From the sequence record MZ475895.1: a stretch of DNA of 64,000 nt; one strand, given 5' to 3'. Within the stretch, counting starts at the first letter, position 1, and each line of letters begins with the position of its first letter. The notes below the pieces were generated by a model. That model saw nothing but the letters and a program-made list of their open reading frames with translations. It was not told where the DNA came from and did no database searches. Of the stretch, positions 18,389-28,085 are shown piece after piece. The position numbers and the translations under genes are program-made.

Positions 18389-19453
18389 GTGACTGACATT
18401 AGAAGCAAAACAGCCTACGAATATCTGCACGACACCTATCTTGAAAACAATTTCTTTGTTGGCGTTCCTCGATCTAAACTCACAGCAAAGTTTCAAGAGT
18501 ACCTGAAGACAACTAACGGTAGGCTGCATCGTCACGGTCTTCCTCTCGCTGACTTTATGACGTGGGCCAACATGCGCCCTGAGATTAAAAAGGGCGAACA
18601 GCAATTTGATGCCGTCATGAGACTGCACAAACTTTCTTTTGATGCGGCCGCTGTGTACACACAATTCGTATGGTCGTTTACCAAAGGTGTGTTCAAGATC
18701 GATCAAGAGATATGGAAACATCTTGCAGAGGGTGAGCCACCCAAGATACTTCCCTCAGATACGCTCAAGCGTTTGCCTAACTGGTCACAGTGGTTAGATA
18801 CGTCATTGAGAATGGTCCGTCACGATAGCGCCAGTGACACGCTGTTTGCTTTGACCACTGAAGGCTTCTGGTCAACGTATTTGTGCTATGATCATCAAAA
18901 CAGAACGCACATGTTCCTCGTAGCGCCTACCGTTATGCAGATAGGCAAAGATAGTTTCATCGCAACCACTCTGGTTATGTTTGACATAACAAAAGACCAT
19001 GAGATGGAAGACAACATGGATTGGCAAATCACCGCCACATCAACTGACGGTCAAACTTCCGTACGCTTTACGAAAGAGCATGAAACGTACGGCAAGATAC
19101 TTGACGGTTTGGTTAGTGCTTGGATTGATTCTGCTGTCAATGCGTTGTTGTTCGTCGCTTCATCCGTTGATAACGTTTATAAAGGAGGTGTAAAGGGAAT
19201 CGTCCCACGCAAACAAGGTAAGACGTTCAAAGTTCTACCAATACGTGACGTGCGTGTATGGCATGTAGGTTCAGAGTTGCTTAACGAGATACGCCAGTAT
19301 GAATCTGATGTAGCCTCAGAGAGTTCTCAGAATCGCCGTGCTCACATTCGTCGTGGTCATTATCATAACTACTGGTATGGCCCGCGTGATGGTGAACGTG
19401 TTCTAAAAGCCAAATGGCTTCCACCGTGTGTCGTTCGAGGCACCGCAGAGTAA
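18389..19453 (+). CDS. AcrVA2/FinQ-family protein
   Basis: W..TKGVFKIDQEI, LKRLPNWSQWLD, EGFWSTY, WHVGSEL.NEIRQYES and RAHIRRGHYHNYWYG...KWLPP follow the AcrVA2 motif order (from memory). Confidence 0.7.
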   Translation: MTDIRSKTAYEYLHDTYLENNFFVGVPRSKLTAKFQEYLKTTNGRLHRHGLPLADFMTWANMRPEIKKGEQQFDAVMRLHKLSFDAAAVYTQFVWSFTKGVFKIDQEIWKHLAEGEPPKILPSDTLKRLPNWSQWLDTSLRMVRHDSASDTLFALTTEGFWSTYLCYDHQNRTHMFLVAPTVMQIGKDSFIATTLVMFDITKDHEMEDNMDWQITATSTDGQTSVRFTKEHETYGKILDGLVSAWIDSAVNALLFVASSVDNVYKGGVKGIVPRKQGKTFKVLPIRDVRVWHVGSELLNEIRQYESDVASESSQNRRAHIRRGHYHNYWYGPRDGERVLKAKWLPPCVVRGTAE

Positions 19454-19502
19454 TCACAATCAACCTTATCTTCCACAAAGGCGTTTAGCCTAGGAGAATC
19501 TT

Positions 19503-20261
19503 ATGTCCCGTGTACAAACGTTGTTCATCCCTGAAGTTGAACGTTTTGAAGCGTATGTTAAGTCGTTGCTGCACATGGCACGCACGCTAGATAACAGCGG
19601 TCGTCAATACAACCGCACGAAACATGTCGTCGTCGTTGGCTCAACAACTCGCATAGTCGAAGCCTACGTCAAAACAACAATCGGCTCTAACACAGTTCCA
19701 GATGGCGTTTTCTGCCTCGGACTGAACCAAGCGCCTGACCTCTATAAGAAGTATGACTTCGGCTCTGCTCATGTTGTACTGATGTTCGATCTGATGTATA
19801 CGTCGGAGAGCGCAATCAACTCACTCGCCCACAGACTGTTTGATATTATCCTGACGCTCAAGCAGCGACCAGAAGATAAAGAACTGAAAAACCTTCCGAT
19901 ACATATCGTCGGTCAGAACTGGAAGGTGTGGGATGCTATGATGGAGTCGGGTGCAGGCAATGCAGCAAACTACGAATGCTATTCTAAGGGATTGCAGTTT
20001 GCACCCAATCAAACTTTCGAAACAGCCTCATGCATCACGTTTGATCAGCTACTCACGCAGGACCCGAACACTTACGCCAAGCACGACATTTCGATTGGCC
20101 GAGAGTTCACCGTGATTGATCATGCTACGCTGATTCAAAAACTCCATAACATCAAATGGGTGTTGCAGTCAGGCCAGACACAACACAAACTCATCCTCGA
20201 CCACGCGTTTCAGCGCATTTTGTTCGAGCAATATCTCTGCTATGAGTTTCAGGGTCTTTAA
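19503..20261 (+). CDS. hypothetical protein (252 aa)
   Basis: AGGAG RBS. Confidence 0.8.
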   Translation: MSRVQTLFIPEVERFEAYVKSLLHMARTLDNSGRQYNRTKHVVVVGSTTRIVEAYVKTTIGSNTVPDGVFCLGLNQAPDLYKKYDFGSAHVVLMFDLMYTSESAINSLAHRLFDIILTLKQRPEDKELKNLPIHIVGQNWKVWDAMMESGAGNAANYECYSKGLQFAPNQTFETASCITFDQLLTQDPNTYAKHDISIGREFTVIDHATLIQKLHNIKWVLQSGQTQHKLILDHAFQRILFEQYLCYEFQGL

Positions 20262-20335
20262 GAATAATCTTAGTCCGCTAACTAATTTAAAAACGTTGGC
20301 AAGTAGTGCTGACGTCTAGTTATCGGAGACATAAC

Positions 20336-20599
20336 GTGTACGAACGTAGCCTCGTGCGATTGAAGTACCACGCCAGAGCAAACCTCTGGTATAATAATAC
20401 AGAACACGCTTGCAGTGAGCGGAAGGCTACTAATGTGCAATGTGAACAATTCTTGGAAGCAACCAAGAACTGTCGCTCTGTGCAGGAGTCGCCTAGTGTT
20501 GTTTCTTTCTACTCAGGAGCCGAGCTTGTTGGTCAAGCAATATGGCAGCATGATGCAGACAGTGACAGCACACTTCAATTCCGGCTTCTACTTGCGTAA
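20336..20599 (+). CDS. hypothetical protein (87 aa)
   Basis: GGAG RBS before GTG 20336. Confidence 0.55.
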   Translation: MYERSLVRLKYHARANLWYNNTEHACSERKATNVQCEQFLEATKNCRSVQESPSVVSFYSGAELVGQAIWQHDADSDSTLQFRLLLA

Positions 20600-20663
20600 C
20601 ATCCTAAAGGGCTTTCAGATACCTCTGGCGGCCCTTTATCATTTCAATACACGGAGAAAGCCA

Positions 20664-20930
20664 ATGTCTGTTCAGATTCAACTGTCCGAGAAAAACCTCG
20701 ACGATATTATGCAGCACTCCACCAGCCGCATCAGCCTGTCTGAGTTGAATGCGCGTCTGGCGCAAGATGAAATCATCATGCAGAACGTGCTGGTGGAACG
20801 CCCTGTAGGCGCCGGTGTGCCTATCACTGTCGTGCGTGATATTGTTGATCGCTATCTGGAGCTGATTCGCAATCCAGGTCCGATTGACGGTCAATGGCAG
20901 CCGCAAGAATACGCTATCGTGCAATACTGA
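20664..20930 (+). CDS. hypothetical protein (88 aa)
   Basis: GGAGA RBS before ATG 20664. Confidence 0.7.
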   Translation: MSVQIQLSEKNLDDIMQHSTSRISLSELNARLAQDEIIMQNVLVERPVGAGVPITVVRDIVDRYLELIRNPGPIDGQWQPQEYAIVQY

Positions 20931-21004
20931 TCTCATGGGTGCCTTAGGGCGCCCATATTCGTTTATATGCTAATTTCTACCTACATTCAACTAGGAGAGA
21001 CAGC

Positions 21005-21664
21005 ATGAAAATATTCGTTTCGCTGTCGGCCCCACAAAAACAAAAAGAACCGCCGATTGTAACTGAATCTGATCAAAAGAATCCTCGCGTAAACGATAAC
21101 AGCAAACTCGGTCAAGTGTTTGATGTGTTCGTGCTCCAGCAAATGTCCTATCTCGATATGAAAGAGATTCGTGGCTCTGCTGGTCCAAAATACGCGCAGG
21201 TTATTGCCGACTGGCTTAACAGCCAACGCAGTATCGACAATAAGTTCCGTGTGTCTAAGCGCAGTAAGATCTCTATTGCTGTCAAGAACACTCAACAGCT
21301 TGCCGCTCGCTATACGGACATTTACCTGTTGAGTCCTGAGAGCAATAAAGAGCGTTCGTGGTTGCTTAAAGGCGAAGGCCCACAAGGCAACAACAAGACG
21401 ATTGAGATTGGTCGTAATCTCTTATTAGACGTCCTATATGCTTCTGCTCTGACGTTGCTTGGTGCACACCTCGTAACAGAAGAATGGCCAGGCAACAGCA
21501 CGTATGATCAAGTGTTGTTTGAAATGGACAAGCGAAGCAAACGTGGTAAAAGGATTGGTAAGCGCTACCCACGCATTGCCAAAGAAAATGAAAACACACT
21601 AATCACGATGATGCAGGACGGGTTGTCTATTGCAGAAATCACCGATTGGGTTCTGAAACAGTAA
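21005..21664 (+). CDS. hypothetical protein (219 aa)
   Basis: AGGAG RBS. Confidence 0.8.
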   Translation: MKIFVSLSAPQKQKEPPIVTESDQKNPRVNDNSKLGQVFDVFVLQQMSYLDMKEIRGSAGPKYAQVIADWLNSQRSIDNKFRVSKRSKISIAVKNTQQLAARYTDIYLLSPESNKERSWLLKGEGPQGNNKTIEIGRNLLLDVLYASALTLLGAHLVTEEWPGNSTYDQVLFEMDKRSKRGKRIGKRYPRIAKENENTLITMMQDGLSIAEITDWVLKQ

Positions 21665-21673
21665 GAGGAATCT

Positions 21674-22486
21674 ATGTCACTCGTAAAACTTCAAGGCGTC
21701 CCGTCCTTGTCCGCGCCTACCAAGGCCCAGAAAGATGCAGCTATCTATATGTTTGGCTCTAAAGGCCATTCTATCGTTGCTGTGTTGGATAAATTCAGTC
21801 GTGCCAAAGAAGTGCGTGCACCGCATCTCGATGGCCTGTTGAAGCTGATGAAGGAAGGCGAAGATGATGAGATCATCAAATTCGTTTCATCTGCTGCTGG
21901 TAAGAAAGCTCTGGCTAACGCGAAAGCATTCGCCGTTGCAAAGACACTGACCGCAAGCATCAAAGCGCTTAAACTGATTCGCGTTCCGATGAAGTGGATC
22001 GACGGTCACTCGGATGTTGCTGCTGCACGCAACGAAGAAACCAAAGAGATTCGCGCACGCAAGACTGCTGGCAATCGTCCTGAAAAGCCTATCAAGCTCG
22101 ATAACCCGCAAGCGCCTGCGCCTGTTACTCCTAAGGCCAAGCCTGTTCACATCCCGTCTGGCAAGTCTGCTGATACGCTGGTGGATGAGATGGGCGATAT
22201 TCCTGCGCGTAAGATCTCAGGCAAGAGTATGCAACAGCGTGAGGAATATTTGAATGCTCTGGGCTTCGTTATCCAGCGCAATATTCCGCGTGCAAAAGTC
22301 AACGTCTCTGCTGACAGCGTTATGGTAACTAAAGGCTCCAAGATTTATACCATTGCACTGACGCCACAAGCGTGGACGCTGCAAGAAGGTGTGACTAAGA
22401 AGCCTAAGCGCATCGGCACAACGTTCGACGTTGTTTCCATACTGTCTGCGATTGATTCTTCCTTCGCGCCTGTACTGATGAAGTAA
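21674..22486 (+). CDS. hypothetical basic protein (270 aa)
   Basis: GAGGA RBS; K/A/P-rich linker. Confidence 0.8.
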   Translation: MSLVKLQGVPSLSAPTKAQKDAAIYMFGSKGHSIVAVLDKFSRAKEVRAPHLDGLLKLMKEGEDDEIIKFVSSAAGKKALANAKAFAVAKTLTASIKALKLIRVPMKWIDGHSDVAAARNEETKEIRARKTAGNRPEKPIKLDNPQAPAPVTPKAKPVHIPSGKSADTLVDEMGDIPARKISGKSMQQREEYLNALGFVIQRNIPRAKVNVSADSVMVTKGSKIYTIALTPQAWTLQEGVTKKPKRIGTTFDVVSILSAIDSSFAPVLMK

Positions 22487-22490
22487 CAAC

Positions 22491-22519
22491 AAAAGGGTGG
22501 CCTAAGGGTCGCCCTTTTT
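22491..22519 (+). terminator. intrinsic terminator
   Basis: AAAAGGGTGGCC-TAAG-GGTCGCCCTTTTT. Confidence 0.85.
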
Positions 22520-22741
22520 CGATCTATTTGCGTGCCAATCGTAAATAACCTTTCCTCTGCGTTGCCTCTCCTACTCCTGCCTCGACGCCCACACGCTGCA
22601 TACTCATTCCATTTGTCTCTACTAACTCTGGCTCTAACTCAAAACCTGCCTCAGTTTCCTGCTAACCTGATCGCTAATTCCTATCTGCAAGCCAAGTTCT
22701 TGCATACGCAAATTTGCTATTAGGTTAAGAGGAATATTCCC

Positions 22742-24580
22742 ATGATTGAAGTAAACTGTTTCGCAGATTTACGCACTACCGCTCCAGCAAAGGCTGGCGA
22801 CATGGCGTTACTGAAACGTTACTATGACAAAGACAGTTCGTTTCGTGGGGGCGGCTACTTCATCGGCTTTCCGCAGACAAAAGATCTGCCCGCAGATGAT
22901 GGTGGTATCACGGCAGTAGATGCAAACAAAAGTTTCTTCTGGAAGCGTGTTGTGAATGACCCAGAAGAGATTAACCTGTTCCACTTCGGTGGTCGCTGCG
23001 ACGGTAAGACAGATGACAGTGACGCGTTCCTGCGTAACTTCATGTGGACGTGTAAGTCTGCTGACGGTAACGACACTATAGGTGTGCGCTTCCCAACAGG
23101 CACAACGTTGATCAACCCTATCGATCTTACGCACTTGGGTGAGATACCTGTGTTCGCTATCTATGGTGACACACGTTCTGATAAGGGCTGGCGTCCTCGT
23201 GTCAAGCTGATCAGTAACCAAGGCGAAGCTACTGTATTCAAGTTCAATGCACGCCGCACTATTGTTCGTGGTCTGAACTGGAATGGTCAGTGCTATCCTG
23301 TGAAGGACGGCAAGAAGGTAGACGTGTCCACGATCGTGGGTGCTGTCATGCCTGAGCAGCGTTCAAACAATCAGATCTTCCTTGAGAACATCTGTACTAT
23401 GGGTCAGTACATTGGCGTACAGTGCTTCCGTGCTGAGAGCAACGGCGGATCTGCATTGAAGTTCCAAGACACCATCGATACTTCTATCACAGAGATCTAC
23501 GGCAGCAAGAGCTATGGTGCTGTGATTGAAGCCAAGTGGTCGAACACAGTGCAGGCCGGCTGGAACCACTCGACTGCTGTGCGCTTAGAGAACGGTAACT
23601 TCCAGTACGGCTACGGCCCTGCTGTGTTAGACATGCCGCGTATGACTCAGGCGTTCATGAAGAACGTCTGGATTGAACACACGCGCTTCCCAGGTAATAT
23701 GAACGATGGTCAATGGGTGCTTGAAGGTAACTCGATTGAGAGTTCTGACAACCCACTCAATCTGGCCAACACTCGTTGCGTGATCAATGGCTACTACTTC
23801 CAAGGCGTTGGTACAATGAACTTGGAACGTGCATCAAGCCCTGACAACTGGCTGAGTGGCTACGAGCGCGGCAGCATTCGTACTGAGACGTACGGTATCA
23901 TCATGACCGATTCCTGCTTCCGCGCAGGCTACTACACGGGTTATAAGATTACCAACAATACAGATCAGGACAAATGGTTCTATCTGGGCAGCTACTCATT
24001 CCCGAAAGTGAATCAAGTGTGGCAGATTGAACTGCTGGGTACTGCACCAAACGTTGTACCGAACACGAAGCTGCAACAGCCTACGCAGATGGACGGCATG
24101 GGTCGTCGTGTTATCACAATGCAACGCTGCATTTCACCGCAGAAGAAAGTGTATGCCGATATGCACATGGAAGGAACGGACGCAATCGCCGATGTTGTGT
24201 ACCAGCGCCTGTGGGAAGACTACGGCAAGGTGTGGGTTAAGCTGAAAGCCAACAGTGGTGATACTATCTTCAACCTGACCACCACTGGTCCAACTCGTTT
24301 CGAAGCAGGTGTTTGTACGTTGTTCAGCGACGGTCCAATTGAATGCGTGGATCCCGTTCTGACCGAGATGACCACCAGTGTCGAAAAGAATCAGAAGGAC
24401 TATGCGCGACCTCAGGCTCGTTTCAGTTTGCACAATGGCCTTGCAGGTGTAGGCGCAAACGAGCAGGGTCTCATCACTATTCAAACCAAAGACGCTACAG
24501 CACCGAAAGATACCACTAAGCCTGCTGGCTATGTGAGTGTCAATATCAACGGTGTTGATCGTCTCTTGCCTTACTACTAA
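22742..24580 (+). CDS. AmsF/WceF-like tailspike-fold (beta-helix) EPS-modifying protein, 612 aa
   Basis: FRGGGYF, WKRV, LFHFGGRCDGKTDDS, W.HSTA..L.N, WIEH..PG.M.DGQW, and C-terminal RFSLHNGLAGVGANEQG...KPAGYVSVNING..LPY match Erwinia AmsF as remembered; no Tat signal peptide. Confidence 0.8.
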   Translation: MIEVNCFADLRTTAPAKAGDMALLKRYYDKDSSFRGGGYFIGFPQTKDLPADDGGITAVDANKSFFWKRVVNDPEEINLFHFGGRCDGKTDDSDAFLRNFMWTCKSADGNDTIGVRFPTGTTLINPIDLTHLGEIPVFAIYGDTRSDKGWRPRVKLISNQGEATVFKFNARRTIVRGLNWNGQCYPVKDGKKVDVSTIVGAVMPEQRSNNQIFLENICTMGQYIGVQCFRAESNGGSALKFQDTIDTSITEIYGSKSYGAVIEAKWSNTVQAGWNHSTAVRLENGNFQYGYGPAVLDMPRMTQAFMKNVWIEHTRFPGNMNDGQWVLEGNSIESSDNPLNLANTRCVINGYYFQGVGTMNLERASSPDNWLSGYERGSIRTETYGIIMTDSCFRAGYYTGYKITNNTDQDKWFYLGSYSFPKVNQVWQIELLGTAPNVVPNTKLQQPTQMDGMGRRVITMQRCISPQKKVYADMHMEGTDAIADVVYQRLWEDYGKVWVKLKANSGDTIFNLTTTGPTRFEAGVCTLFSDGPIECVDPVLTEMTTSVEKNQKDYARPQARFSLHNGLAGVGANEQGLITIQTKDATAPKDTTKPAGYVSVNINGVDRLLPYY

Positions 24581-24675
24581 CAGACGAGGGGCGCAATGCC
24601 CCTCAACTAAGTCAAATCTCTGTACTCTCCCTAACTCAAATAAGATACGCCGCACAGCGTACTATGCACTAATAA

Positions 24676-24719
24676 GGTCAAAATGACCATTCTCTGCTAT
24701 ATGCTGCCTATGCTATAAT
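24676..24719 (+). promoter_or_regulatory. GGWCAAAAT-box promoter (copy 1)
   Basis: GGTCAAAAT 24676, TGC-TATAAT 24714. Confidence 0.7.
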
Positions 24720-24765
24720 AGTTGCGAGCGCATTGCTCAATACAATCATGCTGAGGAGCATAACA

Positions 24766-25107
24766 ATGAACGCATCTACTTTCGATTTTTCTATCATCTG
24801 CACCGAGAGCTTCAACATTAATGAGCTGAACAAAATCGCCGTTGAGCTGAACAAGCTGATCACTAACTCGCAGATCAAAATTGAAGCCGCAGAGCTTGAT
24901 GATGAAGGCACAGAGTGCATTCTTCTGGCTATCGGCCTCGATGAAGACGGCGAAGAGACTGGCGAGAACGGCTACTCCCTGCATCTGGACAACGGCGACT
25001 ATCAGATCGTATATCTCGGTGTGCCGCATCCTGACTTCGATAAGCACGAACTTGCGACCAGTGACTTCGAGTTGTTCATCAAATCAGTCAACGGCCTTGA
25101 GTTCTAA
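24766..25107 (+). CDS. small acidic early protein (113 aa)
   Basis: GAGGAG RBS; about 24 D/E vs 5 K and no R. Confidence 0.8.
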   Translation: MNASTFDFSIICTESFNINELNKIAVELNKLITNSQIKIEAAELDDEGTECILLAIGLDEDGEETGENGYSLHLDNGDYQIVYLGVPHPDFDKHELATSDFELFIKSVNGLEF

Positions 25108-25127
25108 TCACTAATCTGGAGTCCAGT

Positions 25128-25481
25128 ATGCGCCCTAACGCCGCAGCACATCTCGCCGCATCTCTTGCCTTGTTTGCGAAACGTAACCGTAGAGCAAAAT
25201 TCACTATCTCTACAAAATCGATAATTCAAGCGACTGATATGGGGACTGGTGCCTATATACCTGATCTATTCATTATGCAATTAGACCTAGAGTTGCGTCT
25301 ACGTGGTTACATCCTGATTAAACAGGAGGAGACAAACTACATGATAATGAAAGCTAGACCCCGCAATCATGGCCTTCGCATTTCTTCAAATCATATAGAT
25401 GAATATATGAACCTGCCTCTTGAAGTAGTCGATCTTCAACTCTCTGAGACGTTGGACACAGAAGACACAGAAGAAGACTAA
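25128..25481 (+). CDS. hypothetical protein (117 aa)
   Basis: GGAG RBS. Confidence 0.7.
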   Translation: MRPNAAAHLAASLALFAKRNRRAKFTISTKSIIQATDMGTGAYIPDLFIMQLDLELRLRGYILIKQEETNYMIMKARPRNHGLRISSNHIDEYMNLPLEVVDLQLSETLDTEDTEED

Positions 25482-25490
25482 CACTAATCT

Positions 25491-25533
25491 GGCAGAAATC
25501 GCCGTTGTGTTTAGACGCTCAACGGCATACTAT
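25491..25533 (+). promoter_or_regulatory. GGWCAAAAT-box promoter (copy 2)
   Basis: GGCAGAAAT 25491, TTGTGT-17-TACTAT 25528. Confidence 0.6.
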
Positions 25534-25582
25534 TATGTCTCTAGCGCAATGACGCGCTACAACAACGAAAGAGAGAAACAAC

Positions 25583-25837
25583 ATGAGCGAAGACGTTAAA
25601 GTAACAATCGATTTAGTAGCTGACTTTGTATCACGCACCGAAGTTGTGTTTGAAGATGGTCAATCATCTAATGACTGGCTCGCGCCGTATGATCTGCGCC
25701 TGAACGTAACTGAGCCGCAAGGGCCGAACGGCTACCCCGAAGTTGAAATCGTTGGCCAGCGCGATAACGTCTTGCGCTTCTTTGATGAGCAGATGCCTGA
25801 TAGCGACATTACAGAAGACTCGCTTGAATCTGCCTAA
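25583..25837 (+). CDS. small acidic early protein (84 aa)
   Basis: GAGAG RBS; about 20 D/E vs 5 K/R. Confidence 0.8.
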   Translation: MSEDVKVTIDLVADFVSRTEVVFEDGQSSNDWLAPYDLRLNVTEPQGPNGYPEVEIVGQRDNVLRFFDEQMPDSDITEDSLESA

Positions 25838-25852
25838 GCAACAAACAACACT

Positions 25853-25874
25853 GTGGCGTTACGGCGCCACTTTT
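25853..25874 (+). terminator. intrinsic terminator (UACG loop)
   Basis: GTGGCG-TTACGG-CGCCAC-TTTT. Confidence 0.75.
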
Positions 25875-25896
25875 CTATTTCTGATCTGAGGTCAAT

Positions 25897-26436
25897 ATGA
25901 AACAAAAATTCTTATTCTTGCGCATGAGCCGACACGAGCTGAATCAGCATTTGTTTTTACTTCGTGGCATGAGCCGTGAGCGTCTTGAATCATTCACTGG
26001 CATTATCGCCGTTGTCAAAGACGATACGACGATGGCGAACATCGATGATACTGACCTGTATTATTTCAGCGAAGTAACAGCCGAAGAGACAACATCAGAG
26101 ACGCAACAAACCTGGTGGAACCTGATTCATTACTACGACAATCAGATTGCTATCGGCTCACTCCCACGTATAGAGCCGCTGCTGCCTGACGATTTAGTTG
26201 AGCGCATCAAAACAACTCGCAGCAATCGCTTCTACTACGAGTTCGATACGCAAATGCCAGAAGTATTGGCCACTGTTGATCTTGACCTACACTTCTTACC
26301 GTCTGCCGCTCAGCCTCGTGTGAAGAAGCCTAAAGAAGAACAGCCAGAAGTTAATCCCCTGGCCGCATACACAGTCGAACAACTGTGTGCCGAACTACGT
26401 ACTCGCCTGAGTGCAAAAATCACTATCGAATTTTAA
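25897..26436 (+). CDS. hypothetical protein (179 aa)
   Basis: GAGG RBS; C-terminal LAAYTVEQLCAELRTR helix motif. Confidence 0.8.
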   Translation: MKQKFLFLRMSRHELNQHLFLLRGMSRERLESFTGIIAVVKDDTTMANIDDTDLYYFSEVTAEETTSETQQTWWNLIHYYDNQIAIGSLPRIEPLLPDDLVERIKTTRSNRFYYEFDTQMPEVLATVDLDLHFLPSAAQPRVKKPKEEQPEVNPLAAYTVEQLCAELRTRLSAKITIEF

Positions 26437-26477
26437 TCAACTAGCACAGGGAAGTGCCTCTAACTGAGATCAAAACT

Positions 26478-27083
26478 ATGTTCACCAAAGCATTCTTCTT
26501 CAAAACTAACTACTCTGTATTGGCCGAAGGTGAGTTCGCGCTGCCTGTTGACTCACTGACCTCTCTCGTCAACTCGCGTATTTTCATCTGCATCACAGAA
26601 GACAACCTGCGCTTCGCACTGACCAACATCACTGTGCAGCCGATTCGCAATGGCTTCTTGCGCGTTGGCTTCGAGCCGAAGACTGACGTGAATGCAATCA
26701 CTACTCCAATCATCACGCCTAAAACGATGTGGAGCGAGTATGATTTTGATGCGTGCAGTGTCGAAAACATTCCGTCATTCAATATCAGTACGCATGAAGA
26801 CAAGAACAACGAACAACTGATTGCACTGTCATATGACCTTCGTATGGCTCTCATGCATTATCGTGAAGGCATGTACTGCGTGACCGACATCGTTTTGCGT
26901 CTGCATGAACACGGCATTTTCGTTGTAGATATTGATCAGAATCTCAAGGTTGCTCTCTCGCCTATCGCCGTGCTTAGCGAACGACCTACACATGCGATTA
27001 GTCTGAGCAAAGACAACGGCGTGCTGTCCCGCATTGATGACTTCGAGCTGCCTGATCTCGCTAAACTGATCGTCCTACTGTAA
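26478..27083 (+). CDS. hypothetical protein (201 aa)
   Basis: ATG 26478 after GAGAT. Confidence 0.75.
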   Translation: MFTKAFFFKTNYSVLAEGEFALPVDSLTSLVNSRIFICITEDNLRFALTNITVQPIRNGFLRVGFEPKTDVNAITTPIITPKTMWSEYDFDACSVENIPSFNISTHEDKNNEQLIALSYDLRMALMHYREGMYCVTDIVLRLHEHGIFVVDIDQNLKVALSPIAVLSERPTHAISLSKDNGVLSRIDDFELPDLAKLIVLL

Positions 27084-27135
27084 ACAAACAACTCTAGCCT
27101 CGCATCGTGCGGGGCTTTCTGCTTTGGAGAATACC

Positions 27136-27396
27136 ATGTATCAATATGACCGCGATGAATTGAATGACCTGCCGCTTGACGTGCTGCATGGCGAAGCTGA
27201 AAAGCGTGGCTTGCTCGCTGACCTGGAAGACGATGATGATTGTCCTGACCGTGCAGTGCTGGTGGGCATGATCATTGATGATCAGAACGAGCGCAATGCC
27301 GAAAACGAAGAGGAAGAGCAGCGCCGTCAGATGCAAGATGACGCTGACGATCACCGTCGCATGTTAGACGAACGCGACGGCTCAGACGACTGCTAA
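27136..27396 (+). CDS. acidic protein with HeH/Rho-N-like module (86 aa)
   Basis: ELNDLPLDVLHGEAEKRGL...DRAVLVGMIID; GGAGA RBS. Confidence 0.7.
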   Translation: MYQYDRDELNDLPLDVLHGEAEKRGLLADLEDDDDCPDRAVLVGMIIDDQNERNAENEEEEQRRQMQDDADDHRRMLDERDGSDDC

Positions 27397-27397
27397 C

Positions 27398-27736
27398 ATG
27401 CTATACTCTGGGCAGCAATACGATACACTCAGTCCTGACCAGTTGAATGAGTGTTTCAATCTGATTGAAAGTTGCATGGTGGCCTCTGGCTGTCGTGGCT
27501 TTCAAATAGTGTTATCACCATCTGGTCATGGCGATTGTCGTAGCGTCGTCCACATTCAGCACCCACAGTATGCAGGTCACATTGAGTTCCCCTCAGTTGA
27601 CCGTGATACTTTTCGTGTGACTCTCGTCGCAACACGCGGTTGCTATGACAGCCGCACCGTGTTCGTACCAAATTCAGATACAGCCTATTCAGTGATAGGT
27701 CTGTATCTCTCAAACTTTATAGGGGCTACAAAATGA
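27398..27736 (+). CDS. hypothetical protein (112 aa)
   Basis: Coupled ORF. Confidence 0.65.
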   Translation: MLYSGQQYDTLSPDQLNECFNLIESCMVASGCRGFQIVLSPSGHGDCRSVVHIQHPQYAGHIEFPSVDRDTFRVTLVATRGCYDSRTVFVPNSDTAYSVIGLYLSNFIGATK

Positions 27737-28077
27737 AACGCCGCATTATTCGTATCGATCAGTCAGAGTTCAACGGTGAAGCGCTTGTCTTCCCACCATC
27801 ATTCAACATCACCGGCATTGACGTTGTGGTGCTTGTGACCGTGAAGCACGAAGATTTCGGTGGCTTGAAGTTTCAAGATACCTATCGTGTGAACGAACTA
27901 CGTGTAAGCGAACATACAAATCCCCTGCGTCAGGAGATTGAGATCGTAGAGTACAGCAAACTGCCGAACGATGAAGCAATCTTCACACGACTACTCGACG
28001 TTGATTATTTCGACGACGACATTGCAGAGCGTGACCTGCGTCTGTACGATGCACCGACCACAATCGTCACTGCGTAA
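27733..28077 (+). CDS. hypothetical protein (114 aa)
   Basis: AGGGG RBS, overlap with upstream stop. Confidence 0.7.
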   Translation: MKRRIIRIDQSEFNGEALVFPPSFNITGIDVVVLVTVKHEDFGGLKFQDTYRVNELRVSEHTNPLRQEIEIVEYSKLPNDEAIFTRLLDVDYFDDDIAERDLRLYDAPTTIVTA

Positions 28078-28085
28078 TAATCTTT

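Noticed and set aside
22532-22723. 63-aa ORF before amsF
   Set aside because: GTG start without RBS and Leu/Pro/Ser low-information composition; treated as non-coding (see finding).
17502-27085. CTGTAAAY copies at 17502, 18295 and 27078 as promoters
   Set aside because: They coincide with Leu(CTG)-TAA gene ends and lie 50-90 nt from the next start, so they are not counted as independent support.
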